A stretch of DNA of 64,000 bases from Antechinus flavipes (taxonomy: Eukaryota). Below are positions 40,086-55,375 of this stretch, piece by piece. The notes beneath the pieces are model-generated. The model searched no databases. It had not been told where the DNA came from and saw nothing but the letters and a program-made list of their open reading frames with translations. Position numbers and translations under genes: made by a program. Within the stretch, counting starts at the first letter, position 1; the number at the start of each line of letters is the position of its first letter. Location of the stretch: NCBI RefSeq assembly GCF_016432865.1, contig NC_067398.1, positions 324,136,001 through 324,200,000 on the forward strand, written 5' to 3'.

Positions 40086-40180
40086 GTTTAAGTATTGAAC
40101 AGACAATACTGAAGGATCTGAAGGAATTATCAGATGGAGAAATAAAAGTAGCAATTAGTACCATGTATATGACCCTTGAG
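40086..40180 (+). CDS. PRUNE2: PRUNE2 coding exon (exon 6 equivalent), (G)LSIEQTILKDLKELSDGEIKVAISTMYMTLE
   Basis: Acceptor ctgctttttccag|GT, donor GAG|gtaaga. 95 nt, phase 1-0. The five exons total 720 nt (240 codons) with no stop. Confidence 0.96.
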
Positions 40181-41364
40181 GTAAGATTTGAAATAATGTA
40201 ACGTTCAATATGAATCATTATGTAATGCTTGACCTTTATTTCTACAATTCTCTGTCACTGATTTTTTAAAACTTTTAAGTTGTTTCTTATGAATACTTAT
40301 TTGTGGTATTATTTATATAGGAATTCATATGAACATGCTCCAATATTCTAATAATCTATGATCTCATTAATATAGGCATTACCATATTGTAGTCAGCTAG
40401 GTGGTTCAATGGATAGAATGTTGAATTTGGAGTCAAGAAGATGTAATTTCAAATCCCTCAAATACTAGCTGTGTGACAAGTCACTTAACTTCCGTTTGCT
40501 TCAATTTTTCCAACTGTAAAATGGGAATAATAGCATCTACCTCCCAGAATTATTGCAAGGAGGAAGTGACATAAACATATAAAGCACTTTGTTAACCTTA
40601 AAATGCTTTATAAATGCTATATCTATTACCACCACCATCACCACTACTACTATTACTCCCATTGCTACTGCTACTCCTCCTCTTTCTTTCAGTGGCAATG
40701 TTCCTAATCCATTCATGTCTGTCTATTCTGTGTGACTTTTGCCTTCCTATAAATCTACCACAATAATTACACTCAAAATTCTGGGGCTTTCCTTATAGTC
40801 TCTGTTGTTATAATATTTAAAAGATAAACAATAAAAAAAATCCAACTTCAGTTCCTGCAATATGCAATACCCTATCATATCTCAACGGAAAGTTAACAAC
40901 AACAACAACAACAAACGTCTGCTTCTGTCCTACATATTGTATATGCTACTTAACACTACTTACTGGAATTAAGTGTCATTTCTTAAAAAATAATCTCTAC
41001 TCTGGCTTTTATAAGCTCCAGAGACTGAGAAAACCTGTCATTTTGGTAATAAATCATGAAGGCTTTAGCACTAATAATAAGTAAATCTTTCCCTTTTTAT
41101 TACAGGGGTGACTCATGCTTAATGTCATTCTTGTCTTTGTATGGTTCTTTGGTAAATTATCTTTTTATCTACTTTGGAAGTTTTCAGCAACTTGCATGTT
41201 AATCTTAATTAATTTTTCCTAATTAGAACTATATTTTATATAAGTACATTTGTAGCTGTCTGGAATTCTGAATATTCTTTTACAACTTTCTTGCTTTATT
41301 TGGGCCCATGTTCCTTAGTAATTATCTCCTACTCTTCTATCAACATTATTTGTATTCAACATTT

Positions 41365-41520
41365 TTTTTTAAAGCCTTTTTTCTTCCTGAGGCAATTGGG
41401 GTTAAATGACTTGCCCAGAGTCACACAGCTAGGAAGTGTTAAGTGTCTGAGGTCATATTTGAACTCAGGGCCTCCTAACTTCAGGGGTGGTGCTTTATCT
41501 ACTGAGCCACCTAACTTCAT
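41365..41520 (-). mobile_element. WSINE1-like SINE
   Basis: gaggcaattggggttaaatgacttgcccagagtcacacagctaggaagtgttaagtgtctgagg...; matches ORF 41356..41544(-). Confidence 0.85.
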
Positions 41521-44500
41521 TTCAACATTTTTAAAGTACCTCACATGTAAGACACTAGGTTAGATGCTGGATCATCTTTGTCATAAGGATCTGTGAATTT
41601 ATTTCTTGAATTTTTAGAGTTGTATATTACTATTATGGTCCCTACTTGAATATCTTACATCTCTGTTTAGAGGAGGAGGAGTATAAGGAAGAGGAGTGAT
41701 AGTAGTGGTAGGCTTAGATATGAGTAACTTGTTATATTCATACAAGACAGTTTTAAGGCAAGATAAAATGGATTTAGAATAAGATCATTTGAGCTGAAGG
41801 CTCTGGCCCTGTTGTTTATTGCTTGTGGCAGATCACTTTACTTCCCTGTCCCTTGGTTTCCTTGTATGTAAAATAAATGTTAGATTTATCAATAGTAAAT
41901 TCCTGATATCGTCAAAGACATCAGATTCTATTTAAAATATATTTTCTTAATTTTTTGTTTGATCTAGTGAAACTATTGACCCTATCTTCAAATAATATTT
42001 TAAAAGACTAAAATAAAATACATAGGATTACAAAGGGAACCACTTATATTGACTTTATATTTAAAAGTAAAATAATTTTAGTAACAAATTAATGGACCAA
42101 AAATGCTTGGATTAAATGAAGCCTCTTTAAATTCTAACCTATAATTCTAGTATGTGGTTATTTAATAATCCTTTCATCCAAGGTATTCTACAATTTTCTC
42201 AAACCAAATATGAGCATTTTAAAATCATCAGTGTGAATATTTCCATCGTGTGTGTATGTGTGTGTGTGCATGTGTGCATGCAATTATTTTCAGTCATGCC
42301 TGACACTTTATGATCCCATTTGGCGTTTTCTTGGCAAAGTAGTTTGCCATTTTCTTCTCTAACTCATTTTACAGATAAAGAAATGGAGGCAAATAGGATT
42401 GAGTAACTTGCCCTGAGTCATACAGTTGATAAATGTCTGAAGGCAGATTTGAACTCAGAAAAAAATCTTGACTCCAGGTCTAGTACTCTATTCACCTCAC
42501 CACTTAGCTGTCGTGTTTTATATATTTGTTTTTGAGTCTTTTCAGTTTAATACATAGGGATTCATTCTCCATGACCTCATTTAAGTTTTCTTAGCAAAGA
42601 TAAAGGTCCCAGCTCATTTCAGAGATGAGGAAACTGAGGCAAACAGGATTAACTGGATTTGCTCAGAGGCATACAGCTAATAAGTGTCTAAGCCTGAATT
42701 TAACTCACCAAGTCTTGATACTAGGTCTGGCTCTTTATCCATTATACCACCTATGTATATAAAGTCTTAGTGCAGTTTTAAACTACTAGAGCTTCAAACT
42801 GCATTAAAACTTTTGGGGCATCTGGTATAAATCCATACACAAATAAGTTAATGTTTTATCCCCAAGTAAAACTTGTTTCTCATTTCACTGATGATTCACC
42901 CTATGAGGGTGTGGGTCCCAGGACTCAACATAGTGCTTTGCCCATAAAAAGTGCTTAATAAATACTTACTGAATTGAACTGGAGATGTAAGGTCAGCTGT
43001 AGTAAAAGATGACTTTTAACACTAATCCTGTTAATAGAGTGCCTTTGCTCTCTCTGGAGAGTTTAGAATTGATAACTACTCTAGCTAATCTTCAAAGTGA
43101 GTAGTTAACAAATATTCTCCATACAGTTTGTGAAGTGTAGTAGATAAGGCTATGTCTTAACCTCTAGGGTTCAAAGAGATACATTCTATTCAAAGATGTA
43201 CAATTGGAACAGAGTCCCTTTATATTTGTACAATGTATCTTAGGTATGAGAACCTTTGTGTTTTCCCAGTACTACACCAGTTAATAAATGGCATCTTGTA
43301 AAGTTTTAAGAGCCTTCTTTGGAATTCCTTTCTAAATTCACATAAAATAGCTTAAGGAACTGTCATTTGTAACAAAGTTTGTGTCTTTAAAGATCAGTAT
43401 CATTGGATTACTCTAGTCATGATTAGCCTTCATTTATATTATGCTGTGTATGTCAATGGCGGCTGTGTCAAGATATGTTCAATGGCAGATGGTTAGAAGG
43501 CTGAACAAGTGATGCAATGATAACCCTAACTTGCCAATAATTTACATTCTGGTCTATTAATTAATCAGTTGGTTAACTACATGTCTGGGAATATAATCTG
43601 ATTTCTTGAAAGAGGAGGACTAATGGATATATCAAATATGTATGTCATTTAAAACTCTTACCAGCTGTGTAGAAACTATTCACTTCCTCCTGGTACAGAT
43701 GTTTAAGGCAGAAATGACTAGAGCCAGAGAACTGATTGTTTCAGGATTTCCTTTTTCCGTTTGTGTTTCTAAGTTCCCTTTCTCTATATTCCTTGAGAGC
43801 AGGGATTGTTTCATTTTTCAAAACTGAATCCCCAGCTTCCTGCACAGTATTTTTTCTGCACAATTTTTTGACAAAATACTGAATTTGGGGGGTCTATATG
43901 GAAATTATTGTTAATTCTTTGGTATAATATATACTGGGTGCTTTAAAGTGCTTGTTGATTGATCTCATCATTGTTTCTTAACTTTTTGTAGATCTCATGA
44001 TCTCTCTATTCCTTTTAAATCATGGTCAACCTTGCTTGTTTTCTGTTGGATTTCCAACTTGTGGGCAGATTCCACTGCTACAATTCTTTCTCCTCTATTC
44101 CCCTTCCTTACCTCTCACTCACAGTTCCTTCTCTTATATTGAAGAAGGACCCAGGGGGTACATACTTCATTCTTTGATTTTGCCACCATGTCCCTCATTC
44201 CTGAGGGTAGGTATTTCTTCCTTCCATACTCTTTCAACTCTTCTTTTTGTTGTTTTCCTTCAGGAGAAGGTAAGCTCCTTGAGGTCAGAAACTGACTTTC
44301 TTTTTGCTTATATTTGGATTACTCATTCTTAGCACAGTGCCTACTATATAATAAACATTTATTATGTGTTTGTTGACTTGGTTTTAATTATTACCCACAA
44401 TTCACCTTCAAAGTACAAAGCATAAAAGAAAAAAGGAGGTAAAGCTTAAGCCAATTGTAGCATAAAATTATAAAAATGTCAGAACTGGAAGGAACCTTAG

Positions 44501-44730
44501 AGATCATTTCATTGATTCTCCTTGTGTGGAAAAGAAATTTAAGGCTCAGAGTGATCAAGTGAATTGATCAAGGTTGCATAATTAATAAGTGACAGAATTT
44601 TTTATCTTAGCTCTTTACTATCTCTACTAGAAAATTTAGGAAGAAGGTTGAAAATATTGAGAAAACTAGCCATTTTCAATTTTTCCATTGGTTATTTTTT
44701 TCTTCATGGATTTTCTTTATATTCTTTTTT

Positions 44731-45580
44731 TGTTTTTAGTTTTTTTAGTTTTTTTTAAATTATAGCTTTTTATTTACAAGATATGTGCATAGGTAATTTT
44801 TCAGCATTGACAGTTGCAAATCCTTTTGTTCCAGTTTTTTCCCTCCTTTGCCCACCTCTCCCCCAGATGGCAGGTTGACCAATACATGTTAAATATTTTA
44901 AGGTATAAGTTAAATACAATATATGTATACATGTCCAAACAGTTAATTTGCTGTATAAAAAAGTCACACTTCGAAATAGTGTACAGTTAGCCTGTGAAGG
45001 AAATCAAAAATGCAGGTGGACAAAAATAGAGGGAATGGTAATTCTATGTAGTAGTTCATAGTCATCTCTCAGAGTTCTTTCCCTGGGTGTAGCTGGTTCA
45101 GTTCATTACTGCTCTATTGGAACTGATTTGGTTCAACTTATTGTTGAAGAGGGCCATGTCCATCAGAATTGATCATCATATAGTACTGTTGTTGAAGTCT
45201 ATAATGATCTTCTGGTCCTGCTCATTTCACTCAGCATCAGTTCACGTAAGTCTCTCCAGGCTTTTCTGAAATCATCCTGCTGGTCGTTTCTTACAGAACA
45301 ATAATATTCATATACCACAGTTTATTCAGCCATTTTCCAATTGATGGGCATCTACTCAGTTTCCAGTTTCTGGCCACTATAAAGACGGCTGCCATAAACA
45401 TTCTTGCACATACAAGCCCATTTCCCTTCTTTAAAATCTCTTTGGGATATAAGCCCAGTAGTAACACGGCTAGATCAAAGGGTATGCACAGTTTGATAGC
45501 TTTTTGAGCATAGTTCCAAATTGCTCTCCAGAATGGCTGGATGTATTCACAATTCCACCAACAATGTATCAGTGTCCCAG
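44731..45580 (-). mobile_element. 5'-truncated L1 with ORF2 C-terminus and 3' UTR
   Basis: ORF 45291..45596(-) gives TLIHCWWNCEYIQPFWRAIW...FDLAVLLLGLYPKE, the L1 ORF2 cysteine-rich C-terminus. T-rich tail on the left. Degenerate 20-bp TSD ttttctttaYattcWttttt at 44711-44730 and 45581-45600. Confidence 0.92.
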
Positions 45581-48500
45581 TTTTCTTTACATTCATTTTT
45601 AATCTAAACAGGGTATAGTGGTAAAGGATTATCTCTCCAGGGATTTGTCCTCTAAGGAGTGAACCTGAATCCAGAATATCTCTATCAGTGATCCTGTACT
45701 ACAGAGATAGGATCTAATTGTTTGGAGAACAAAGTTGTAGAATAGGTAAAAATGGGAATATAGTAGGCTAATTAAAAATGAATTCTATTCACTCTGAAAA
45801 TATGAAGACTGAGAAGAAAATCTGATCAAAGCTTATATAATCATGGAAGACTATGATGAAAGGAAACAATATTTTTTCATCATTTTTTGTATCATTGAAC
45901 CTAGGAAGTATCTTGAAGTTTAAAAAAATTAATTTTTGAAGGGGAAAAATGGGATCTTCTCAGATGCCTATTGTTTTTGTACAAGCCTTTTTTCATAATA
46001 CTTTTCTCCTCCCCATCCACAGTGACCCTTTTTTTTATTGGTAGGGTAAAGTTAGACAAAAACTAGTCAATGCAGTGAATATTTTTCAACAGTTTGTGCA
46101 GCATTCTGTAGGCATAGTTCTCTGATTCTCCAACTAAAGGCCTCCTTACCTTATTTCCACTAATGATCTTCCTTTTAAGATCTCTTACCTTACATGACAT
46201 TTGTGGAAATATGTATAGAAGAATTGCACATATTTAACATATATTAAATCATTCGCCCTCCAAGGAAGGGGGTGAGGAGGAAGGGAGGGAAAAAATTAGA
46301 ATACAAAGTTTTATAAGGGTGAATGTTGAAAATTACCCATATATATATTTTGAAAATAAAAAGTTTTAATTAAAAAAAAGATTTCTTGCTTTTCAGTATT
46401 GGTAAACATAATTTTGGCACAGTGGAAGGAGATTTGGGTTAATTATGGGGATTACTTTTTGGATTTATGCTTCTCTAAGACACCCATTTCCCCTCTAAAT
46501 AAGTAGAGGTTCAACTTTAGTTGACTTCTCTTATCAAACTTTGTTGTCTTATTAATATCACATCAAATCTTTCCCCTTCACCACTGGCCTGTGGTCTAAT
46601 CAAAGAGGGCATTGCAGTGAATCTATTTAGAGACTTTTGTGTAGTGAATGAGTCACTAAATGGGATCAAGAGAGATGGATTGTCCTGTGGCAGGACTCAG
46701 AAGGGCAGACTTAATTAAGACTAAGTTGATTTGTCCTTCTTATTGTAGTCCTTGAGAGGCAGACACTGATATTCCTATAGGAAACACATGTTCTCACTTT
46801 CTATTTCCCAGGAATGACAAGTCAAGGTGTGAACTGGTTCTGAATACACAAGTTTTGCTCTCTCTCAAGAGTCTTCTCAACAGAAACACTTGTTTAGAGT
46901 GCTGACTAATGATCTCTGTTGCTTAGCTTGTGTCTAGCCCTTCTGAAGGCATTATTCTTTCTGTTAATAATATGCTTATGGCAAGGGGTTCATTGGACAG
47001 GTGCCAGATAGAGCTTTGTCCTTTCCTAATATCTTCTCATTTATACAAATATTCTTTACAATGAGGAATATAAATGCTTTCTCTGGAAGATATAATTCAT
47101 GGTGAGATTAACTAAACTTTTAACAGTAGGACCTGTAATAAATTAGTATTAGCCATTATTTCTGTTTCTATTATCAGTTATGAGCCTTGGATAGAGAGTT
47201 TACATAAGGCCAGTAACACAAAAAAGCAATGAGTATTATTATGATGTATTTTAACTTAGATGTAAGAAGGCCTAAGGCTAAACAAAAAAGCAAGCATATG
47301 GGACATAGAGGGAGAGACAAAGGAACAGAGTGGGAGAAAGATGGTAGGGTATAAGACAAAGGAAATAACTAAGTCTCAGTCACTAAAGAAGTTGATCGAT
47401 AGGCTACTGGATGGGATGGTCAACAGGAAGAATATGGGAATCAGTGGAGGTCCTTTGGAGAATCCATCCTTACACCAGTATTTCCAAATTCTCCATCACT
47501 TCTCTTACTCAATGCCTGGCATACACAGTTTTTATACCAGGAAGATCATTTGAAGCAGGGTGGATTTTATATGTAAGGCGTGGATTCTCACTCAGGTGAA
47601 TCTAATTGCTGTCTCATGTCTAATGTCATATCCATGGGGATACAGGATGTTAGAGAGCCAATTCATTTATTCCTGTGACTTCCCAGACTAGAATACCCTT
47701 TCTTGTCCTTAATTCCCCGCTATCTCTCTCCTATTAGAATGTGAGCTTCTTGAGGCTATATGCTGTCTCACTTTTGTATTTGTATTCTTAGCACATAATA
47801 TGATACTTAGCATATTATGTTCTTAATAAATATTTTTGCACTTATTTATTCAACTAAATAGGGAGTGATTCGATAATGGGGTTTGGAGTGGGGTTGAAAG
47901 TTCCCTGAATGTGGCAGAACAAGGATGTTAAGAAGAAAGGGAATCCTTAAGCAGAGTTAGACTTCCTGAAAAGGACTGATATGTCTCAGAAAAGCCTATA
48001 AAGTCAAGGTTTCTTAAATTATCACAACAGTTTAACTAACAAGTTTAAGACTAACAAGCTTAGTCTTTTCCTTTCCCATTTCATATTTTACTATTGCCAT
48101 AATAACCCCTTCTTGATTCTTATTCTTTCCCCACTTTTCTATTTACCATTTGTCCTTAGTCATATAACATTTCTCACTATGCTTCACATCCCATGGACAT
48201 ATGCTATGCAAAATATGCTACATGATTTTCTAGCTTTCAAAGGTTACCTCTGGAATATAGTTTTGTTCTGTTGTTTTTGCTGCTCATCAGTTTTGGTCTA
48301 GCTAAATCCATATTCCAGCTTTTAATAAGTGGCCTAAGTTCCAAGATGAGATGATATGTATATGTGTGGAGGGTGGTTAATAATATTGAGCCATTTCTAT
48401 GGTGGCAGAGTGGGGAAACTGGCCAATACAGAGATGAGGTCCCAGCTAATGGCTTAGTCTTATTTTTGAACATGAAAATCTTGAAGCTGATGGAATGGAG

Positions 48501-50769
48501 CTGTATGCATATAGAGTCCAATTAGATGTTGGCTTCTGACTAATGGTGCCATACTGTCTGTTATCAGTCTGGAATTGGTGTCTTCTACATTTAATGATGG
48601 CAAGACAGATATAGTTACTGACTGTGCCTTAATAGATGAATCCTTAGATCTCTTGCCTCATATATTAATGAAATATATTCTATGGGATTAAATGCAATGT
48701 GATTTGGGATTGTCTACAATTTAGGGATTGTTTTACCTTTCATTTAGGCAGTAGTTGTATGCTGCTGAAATCTCAAATCTGTGGTTTTCAGCATAGGGAA
48801 CAATGCATTTTGGGATCTAAACACATTTGTAAAATGTAATAGATGTGCAGATGCCACTGTAATTAAATGTTACTTTTCTAAGTACTTTGGTCTACTGAGT
48901 CCCTGTAGACATGGCAGTCAGTGCTGTAATGGAAATAAACGATCTTTGGAAGCTCTTAATCCCTGATCTAGATTTTTCTCTTTAAAGACATGTGTCTTGT
49001 CAGAGCACTCTCTGGGCCCTTGTGGACAGCAGATATTCTCAAGCTACCTGTTAAAATGGAAGTAGTAGTTATTGTTTGATGTGATGGGAAAAATTCCAAA
49101 CTGTAGTAATGGCAAAAGGGCCTTTTAATTTCTGGGATGTTGCCATTTTGTCAGAGAGCTTTCTGTTTCTTTTTCTGAAGAGAATTGTTGAATTCCACAT
49201 CTGGACAGCAATTAAGATTCAGAAGAAATCTGATAAATACAGTGATTTAAAAATCTTTTGCCCACCTGATTCCTTGCCTTTAAAAATGAAATTCAGATTT
49301 TGACTCGCATATCCTCACTATTTTAAAAAGTTCAAACTATTTAAATCATATCCATCATTAAAAGTCAAGTATCAGACTTAACTTCACCAGGAAGCCTCCT
49401 CTACTACTCAAATACTCATTTATTTGCTTTTCCTTTGAATTCTCATAGTCACTATAACTTGTATTATTCAAATTAAGGCCTAATTATGTATTAGTATATA
49501 TTTTTCCAGTTGTTTCAAGTATATTAAACTTCTCTTCTCAACCAGATTGTAAGTTCCTTGAGGGCATGAATCCAGCTATATATACTTCTTCAGAATTGAG
49601 AGAACATAGCAGGGACTCAGCAAATACTTGCTGATTGATATATGATGTTGTATAAGCACAGTCTGGGTCAGACTAGTTTACAATTTTTCCCTTTTAAAAC
49701 TTTTTTCCTCCTTTGTTTTCTCTTTTCTTTTCTTTCTTTCCTTCTTTCTTCCTTCCCTCCCTCTTTTTTTCTTCCTTCCTTTCCTTCTTAATAAAGTAGA
49801 AAAACTAACTTATTTGGTAACATTTGAACAAAATATTGACTAAATTCTCATTGATTAATATATTTTAGTCACTTTCTCCTTGAAGTCACTTTCTGCCTGA
49901 AAAATGAGATTAAATAGATAAGGAATAGCATACTTATTTATGAACAAAGTACTCACAGAAAACAATTGCACAGGATGAGGAGGGATTGATGGGTAGCCAT
50001 CTGCTTCAATGATGAAACTTCCACACTCATGAGGTCATAGATCTTCTGAATCATTGATGTATGGTTGTTAAAGACCACGCCTAAGTGCGAAACCCAGAAA
50101 GCCTGCAAAAGGTTAAAGGGCACTGTACTATTAAGGGGCTAGCCTATTCTCAGAAAACCCCCACAACTGTGAATCATAACACACTTGAAGGAATTGCAAG
50201 TCAACCTTTACAGATGCTGCTTGTGAATTAGGAATGAAATAAATTGGAGGCAAGAGAGGAGAGGTCAGAGAATGCAACTGCCTCTCAGTCTCCTTGTATC
50301 ATTATCATCCTTTCACATGAAGGAATGTATTCTGCTGGTCAGAATTAGATTCCCAAGCAGTCACTAGCAGGTTGGTCCTGTAACACATGATTACTGATGT
50401 TTTTGTTTGGTTTTGACTGGACCTGTAAATTCATCAATGTAGGGGAACTTGAGGTGAGAAATTATTTCTAGCAATGCAACTCTGCATGTGCTTTCCACTT
50501 CATAATCTTAGAAATTTGTAATAGGAAGAAGTCAAATGACTTGTCCAGGGTCTCATAGCCAGTATGTATTAGAGGTAGGACTTGAATTCAGATCTTCTTG
50601 GTTCTTTACTCTGAAATTGTCTCCTTTACAGGCTGCTTCTGATTGCACTTTTGAATATTAATTGATAACCTTTCAATACACTGCTGCCAATGATAATGTG
50701 TTCAAATAAAGAAGTGATGACATCTGTAAGGGGTGTTGTAAGGGGAGATTCCAGTGCTGGATGGGAGAT

Positions 50770-51140
50770 TAACCTTCTAAAGTCTAGCATGTCAAAGGCC
50801 TGAGGTAGGACCAGATAAGTATCAGTTGGATTTTTAACCTGAAGAAGAGAACATTTAGGGAGATAATCAAGTATTGTCTTTAATAGCATTTGAAAGGCTA
50901 TAATATGAAAGACAACTAGATTTATTCTTCATGGCTACAAAGGATAGAACATGGAATGGTTAGAATTGCAGAGAATTGATGAAGGAAAAATAACTTCTAA
51001 TGATTAGAGTTTATCCCAAAGTGGAATGGATTATTTAATGGGTTCCCCCTCACTACAGGTCTACATATAAGAGCTGGATGTCATGCGTTGGAGAATATTG
51101 TAGAGGTCTTCATGACTGGGTATGGGTTGACCTTTGAGAT
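50770..51140 (+). mobile_element. L3/CR1 3' end
   Basis: gtttttaacctgaagaagagaacatttaggggag..., gggttccccctcactacaggtc..., gacctttgagattctt tail. Confidence 0.65.
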
Positions 51141-54100
51141 TCTTTATAATTCTGTAGTTCCGTTTTTTCTGGGTGTTTTTTTTTTTTTTCATAGCTTCAT
51201 TTGCCTAAAACTTTTATCATTTCTCTTTAGTGACAAATACTAAAGATTAGGAAGTTTTGTTTGTATAATTTTAATGACAACTTGGTCTTTCCATGAAGTT
51301 TTGAATTGTCAGACAAAAACTGACCATTCTACTGTTTGGGTTCTTAAAAACTTTCTGGGAATCAAGCAGGAAATTACTTGAGGGCTTTTTCCCCCATATG
51401 TTGCTATGTGTTACATTAGCAGTTACTTGAAGTGATCTGAGAAGGAAATTTATAAGGAAGTATATAGGATTTCTTAACAGATCAGCAAATAATGACTTAA
51501 CTAACAATAATAAGTCAAAGACATAAGACCTGATAATGATAGGTGACATATGGACTCAGACTGAGAATTGGAGAGGAATAAAGTTGGAGCAGACAAGGCC
51601 TCAGAGGAAAACTAGCCAGAGAAATAGCATCTCATTGTCAAAGTTTCCCATGAAATTTAAATTGTACAAGTCTATTACTTTTTATTCCTTAGATATTCCT
51701 CTATGCCATTCTCACTTTGTGCCTACTGAATAGAACAGAGAACTATGCTATTGGCTTCCTATAACCCTTCCCTTTCTCAAGGTAATTTTTTTTTTTTAAT
51801 TAGAATTGTGATTTCATTGGCATGGGGAGCTCCTAGTGAGGAAATGCCCTCTGCTGGTACAGTTTTGTAATTGTTCTGCAACCTCCAGAGATTTCCCTGA
51901 AACATGAGGGTTAAGTGAGTTGCCCAGGAATAGTTAGCCACAATGTGTCAGAAGCCATCCTTGAACTCAGTTTTTCCCGTCCTAGGAATATAGATCTTTT
52001 GATTATAATAGGGATTGTTCTAAAGACTCTACTTCCATGAATTCCCTTTTAACAATATTTAAGCCTTTGTTTAGAATTTTTATGTAAAAGGCCCTCCCTT
52101 AATCTGAGAAATGTCTGGAATTTTCTTTTCTTGAAATCCTGTCTTTTTCATTTAGAACTGGAGAGGAAAATTTGGCCTAAATCATGCACTCAGTCCTGGT
52201 TGTTCCTCCCATGATAAGATTGTTTGGTAGTTTAGACATAGATTCAAGACATGTTTGGTATAATCACCAGTACTGTTGATTTGTTGTCTCTCAGTATTCC
52301 AAACCATGTGGCGCTACCAAGGAAAAACACTCAAAAATATGCTATTTTCATCTTTGAGGAGTTATAATGCAATGAATTTAGCCCCAAGCTTTCTGGTTAA
52401 AAATTCCATAGAAGCCAAAATGGAAAATTACCCTTACTGGGTGGTCATTGAACCTCTTGCAGCCTATATGTAATACTTTTTTTTTCATTTAAGTATTTTT
52501 TTCCTTCTATCTTGTGTTTTTGTTTTGTTTTTCCCTTTTGATCTGATTTTTCTTGTGTAGCATGATGAATATAGAAATATATTTTGAAGAATTGCAGTTG
52601 TTTAACCTACATGGGATTGCTTGCTCTCTTGGGGAGAGGGAAAAAGGAGAGAGGGAGAAAAATTTGGAACACAAGGGTTTGCAAAGATTAATGTCAAAAA
52701 CTATTTTTGCATGTATTTGGAAATTTTTTATAACGAAAATAAGGAATATGGAAAAATAAAAAGCTATTAAAGGAAAAAGAAAGAAAATCAAAAATGACCT
52801 GGAACTCAAAGCTCTGTCTGAGCTCTTTGATTGAAGATTCTTGAAACATATAATGAAAAAGTATAATGAAAATTATACTTATAATGAAAAGAGAGTTCTT
52901 ATTTGTATCCCAAGCAAATTTCCCCATTACTCTGGCTATTTTTCTCTAAGTCAGGACTCAAGTAATTTCTTAAACTTACAACATGCTAGAATGTGTTGTG
53001 GTATCCCAAGGGAGCATATGTTTTTTGTTTTTAGATTATCTTTGAAAATTCCAAAGTATTTCATTGAGATACTTTTAAATGACATTCGTAGCCAATCAAA
53101 ATTGGAGGCAGGGAACAAAAATCAGTGAATTTGAGATCAGAAGAGGCAGGGTGTATCGAGAGCATCAGACTTAAGTGAGGATAACATGGTTTTAGATTTT
53201 CCCTCAGATATTTACTGATTAAACTTAGACTATTACTGTACAAGTCATGTTTAATCCCTTTGAGCCTCAGTTTCCTCATCAATTAAATGAAAATAATAAC
53301 TAAACACCTATTTCACTAGGTTGTAAGGATCAAGTAAGGTAATCTATATAAAATACATTGCAAATCTTGAAGTATTAAATTTCAAGTATAAATAATATGT
53401 TGTAGTTTTTGTTTTTTTATTTTTGTTGTTTTTTTGTATGTATGTGGGTGGACAGTTGATTGGACAAAGGGAACATTGAAGATAGTGATCCATAGATGTA
53501 ATTTGCATTATAATTGCCCATCGGAATTAGCAGAAGTTTCCTCATCCAAGATCTTCATGGGTGAAATTACAGGATTATGCTTAAAAACAAAAAGTTATCC
53601 ACTTGAAGGTCTTTTGGTATAGACTCATACTGTGGAGAAATATTTATCTCTTCTTTCATGTTGAGTATATGGAGCAGGCGGCAGGGCAAACAGCATGTAA
53701 AACATGGTGCCTGCCCCAGGCATAAACTGACTTTTGAAAAGTTTGATTCCAAAACTCAGAAATTCCCACTTGCTACCATATGCAAATATCACCAAGTGGG
53801 AATGATAGAAAACCCAGAGGCAAGCTTTTCAAGGAAGTGAGGATAGTTCAGTCAGGATAAAACCTGCAATGGTAATTTGCCTTGGTATAGAAAAGAGAAT
53901 TCTAGGAAGGGCATTATGCCTTTTGTAGAAATCCCATATGTCTCAGAAATCAAAGTTAGAAACTAATAAATGTGTGTTGCTACATGCTATTCTAATTTAT
54001 GCATTTTGGTGGGTTTTGTTTTGCATGCCTTAAGAGTATACACATATATCTTGAATATACACAACCCTATTTCCTTTCTTGCTATCCCTTCTCTAGTCTG

Positions 54101-55375
54101 TCATTTATATATATGTATTTTTTTTTCCAAAAGTATGTGTGATGTGAATGTGACTACAACATTTTTAACTTAAGGATGCTCTCACTATCTTCTCATAGAG
54201 ATAAAAACTGTACTGTTCCCTTCCATATTTGTTACCCTTTTAACTCTCTTCTTGTCTATTGTCATGCTGCATATATAGACACTTTAGGCATGTAACTGAT
54301 CTTTGCTAGGGACTTTCAGGGTGCAAAAATTTGCAGTTGAGAAATATCACCAATACAATCTTTCATTGTTTAGTCTGCATGATGCAGATTGACTCCTCTG
54401 TTGCTTTGGGCTATGGCTTAGGATATTTAGCGTGCCATTGTTCTTCATGAATTTTTATGTTTTTTTTTCCCTTCTATTTGTGTTTTAGTCAAAAGGCAGA
54501 TAGTTGATGCTGTAGATAGGGCAATGACCCTGAAGTCAGGAGAACTTCAGTTGAAATCCTCCTTCAGCTACTTACTAGCTGTGTGATGCTGGACATATCA
54601 CTTAACCTTATTTCATCTGTCAAATGAGTTGGAGAAGAAAATAGTAAATCATTCCAGTACTTTTGCCAAGAAAACCCCAAATAGGGTCACAGAAAATAGG
54701 GCAAGAGTGAAGCAACTCAGCAACAACAAAATTTTGTTGAAGACTACTTTTGCAATAGAGTTGAAACCAGAAGTTGTTCTTAGCTATAGCCTATCTACAA
54801 CATCCATCTTCTTATTATCTCTCATGTATCTAGCCTATTACATGGCTATGTCCATTAAAGCTTATTTTGTTTTTCACAACATCATGTTCTGCTTATTTCC
54901 TTTTAGAAGGTAATGTATGACTCTATCCCTTGGAAACACCCAACAGAATCTGACCTATGCAATTAGTCCTGGCTGTTCATCCAGCTGAACATTATAATAT
55001 TTTCTTATTTTATTTATTTACAGCTTCATAATTTATATTTTCATTTAAAAAGTGACTCCTCAAAATGTTTTCTCTATTAAAAAATTAAGTATATCTTATA
55101 TAGCAACTGAATAATTCCATCTATTACTTACCCTCCTCCATTTATCTCTTCCCTATTAGTACCTTCCCATTTCTCTATTACCTTGTATTTACTTTGCATA
55201 TATCTAGTATAGACTGATAAATATAATATATAAACATATAACCACATCTCTCAATAGAATATAAGTTCCTGGAGAGCAAGGACTTACTTCTACCTTCATG
55301 ATTAGTGTCTAACACCATTTTGGCACATATCAGGATTGTAAGTATTTATAACTTATTTTGAATTTATAGAGCTAG

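Noticed and set aside
44731-46390. Opposed L1 3' tails (44.7-45.0 kb minus, 46.2-46.4 kb plus) as a dsRNA-forming pair
   Set aside because: Different subfamilies with only patchy complementarity by eye; this arrangement is very common.
50000-50055. C/D box snoRNA-like words (ATGATGA ... CTGA)
   Set aside because: Spacing too short, no terminal stem, and the C-like word belongs to a SINE tail seen elsewhere in the window.
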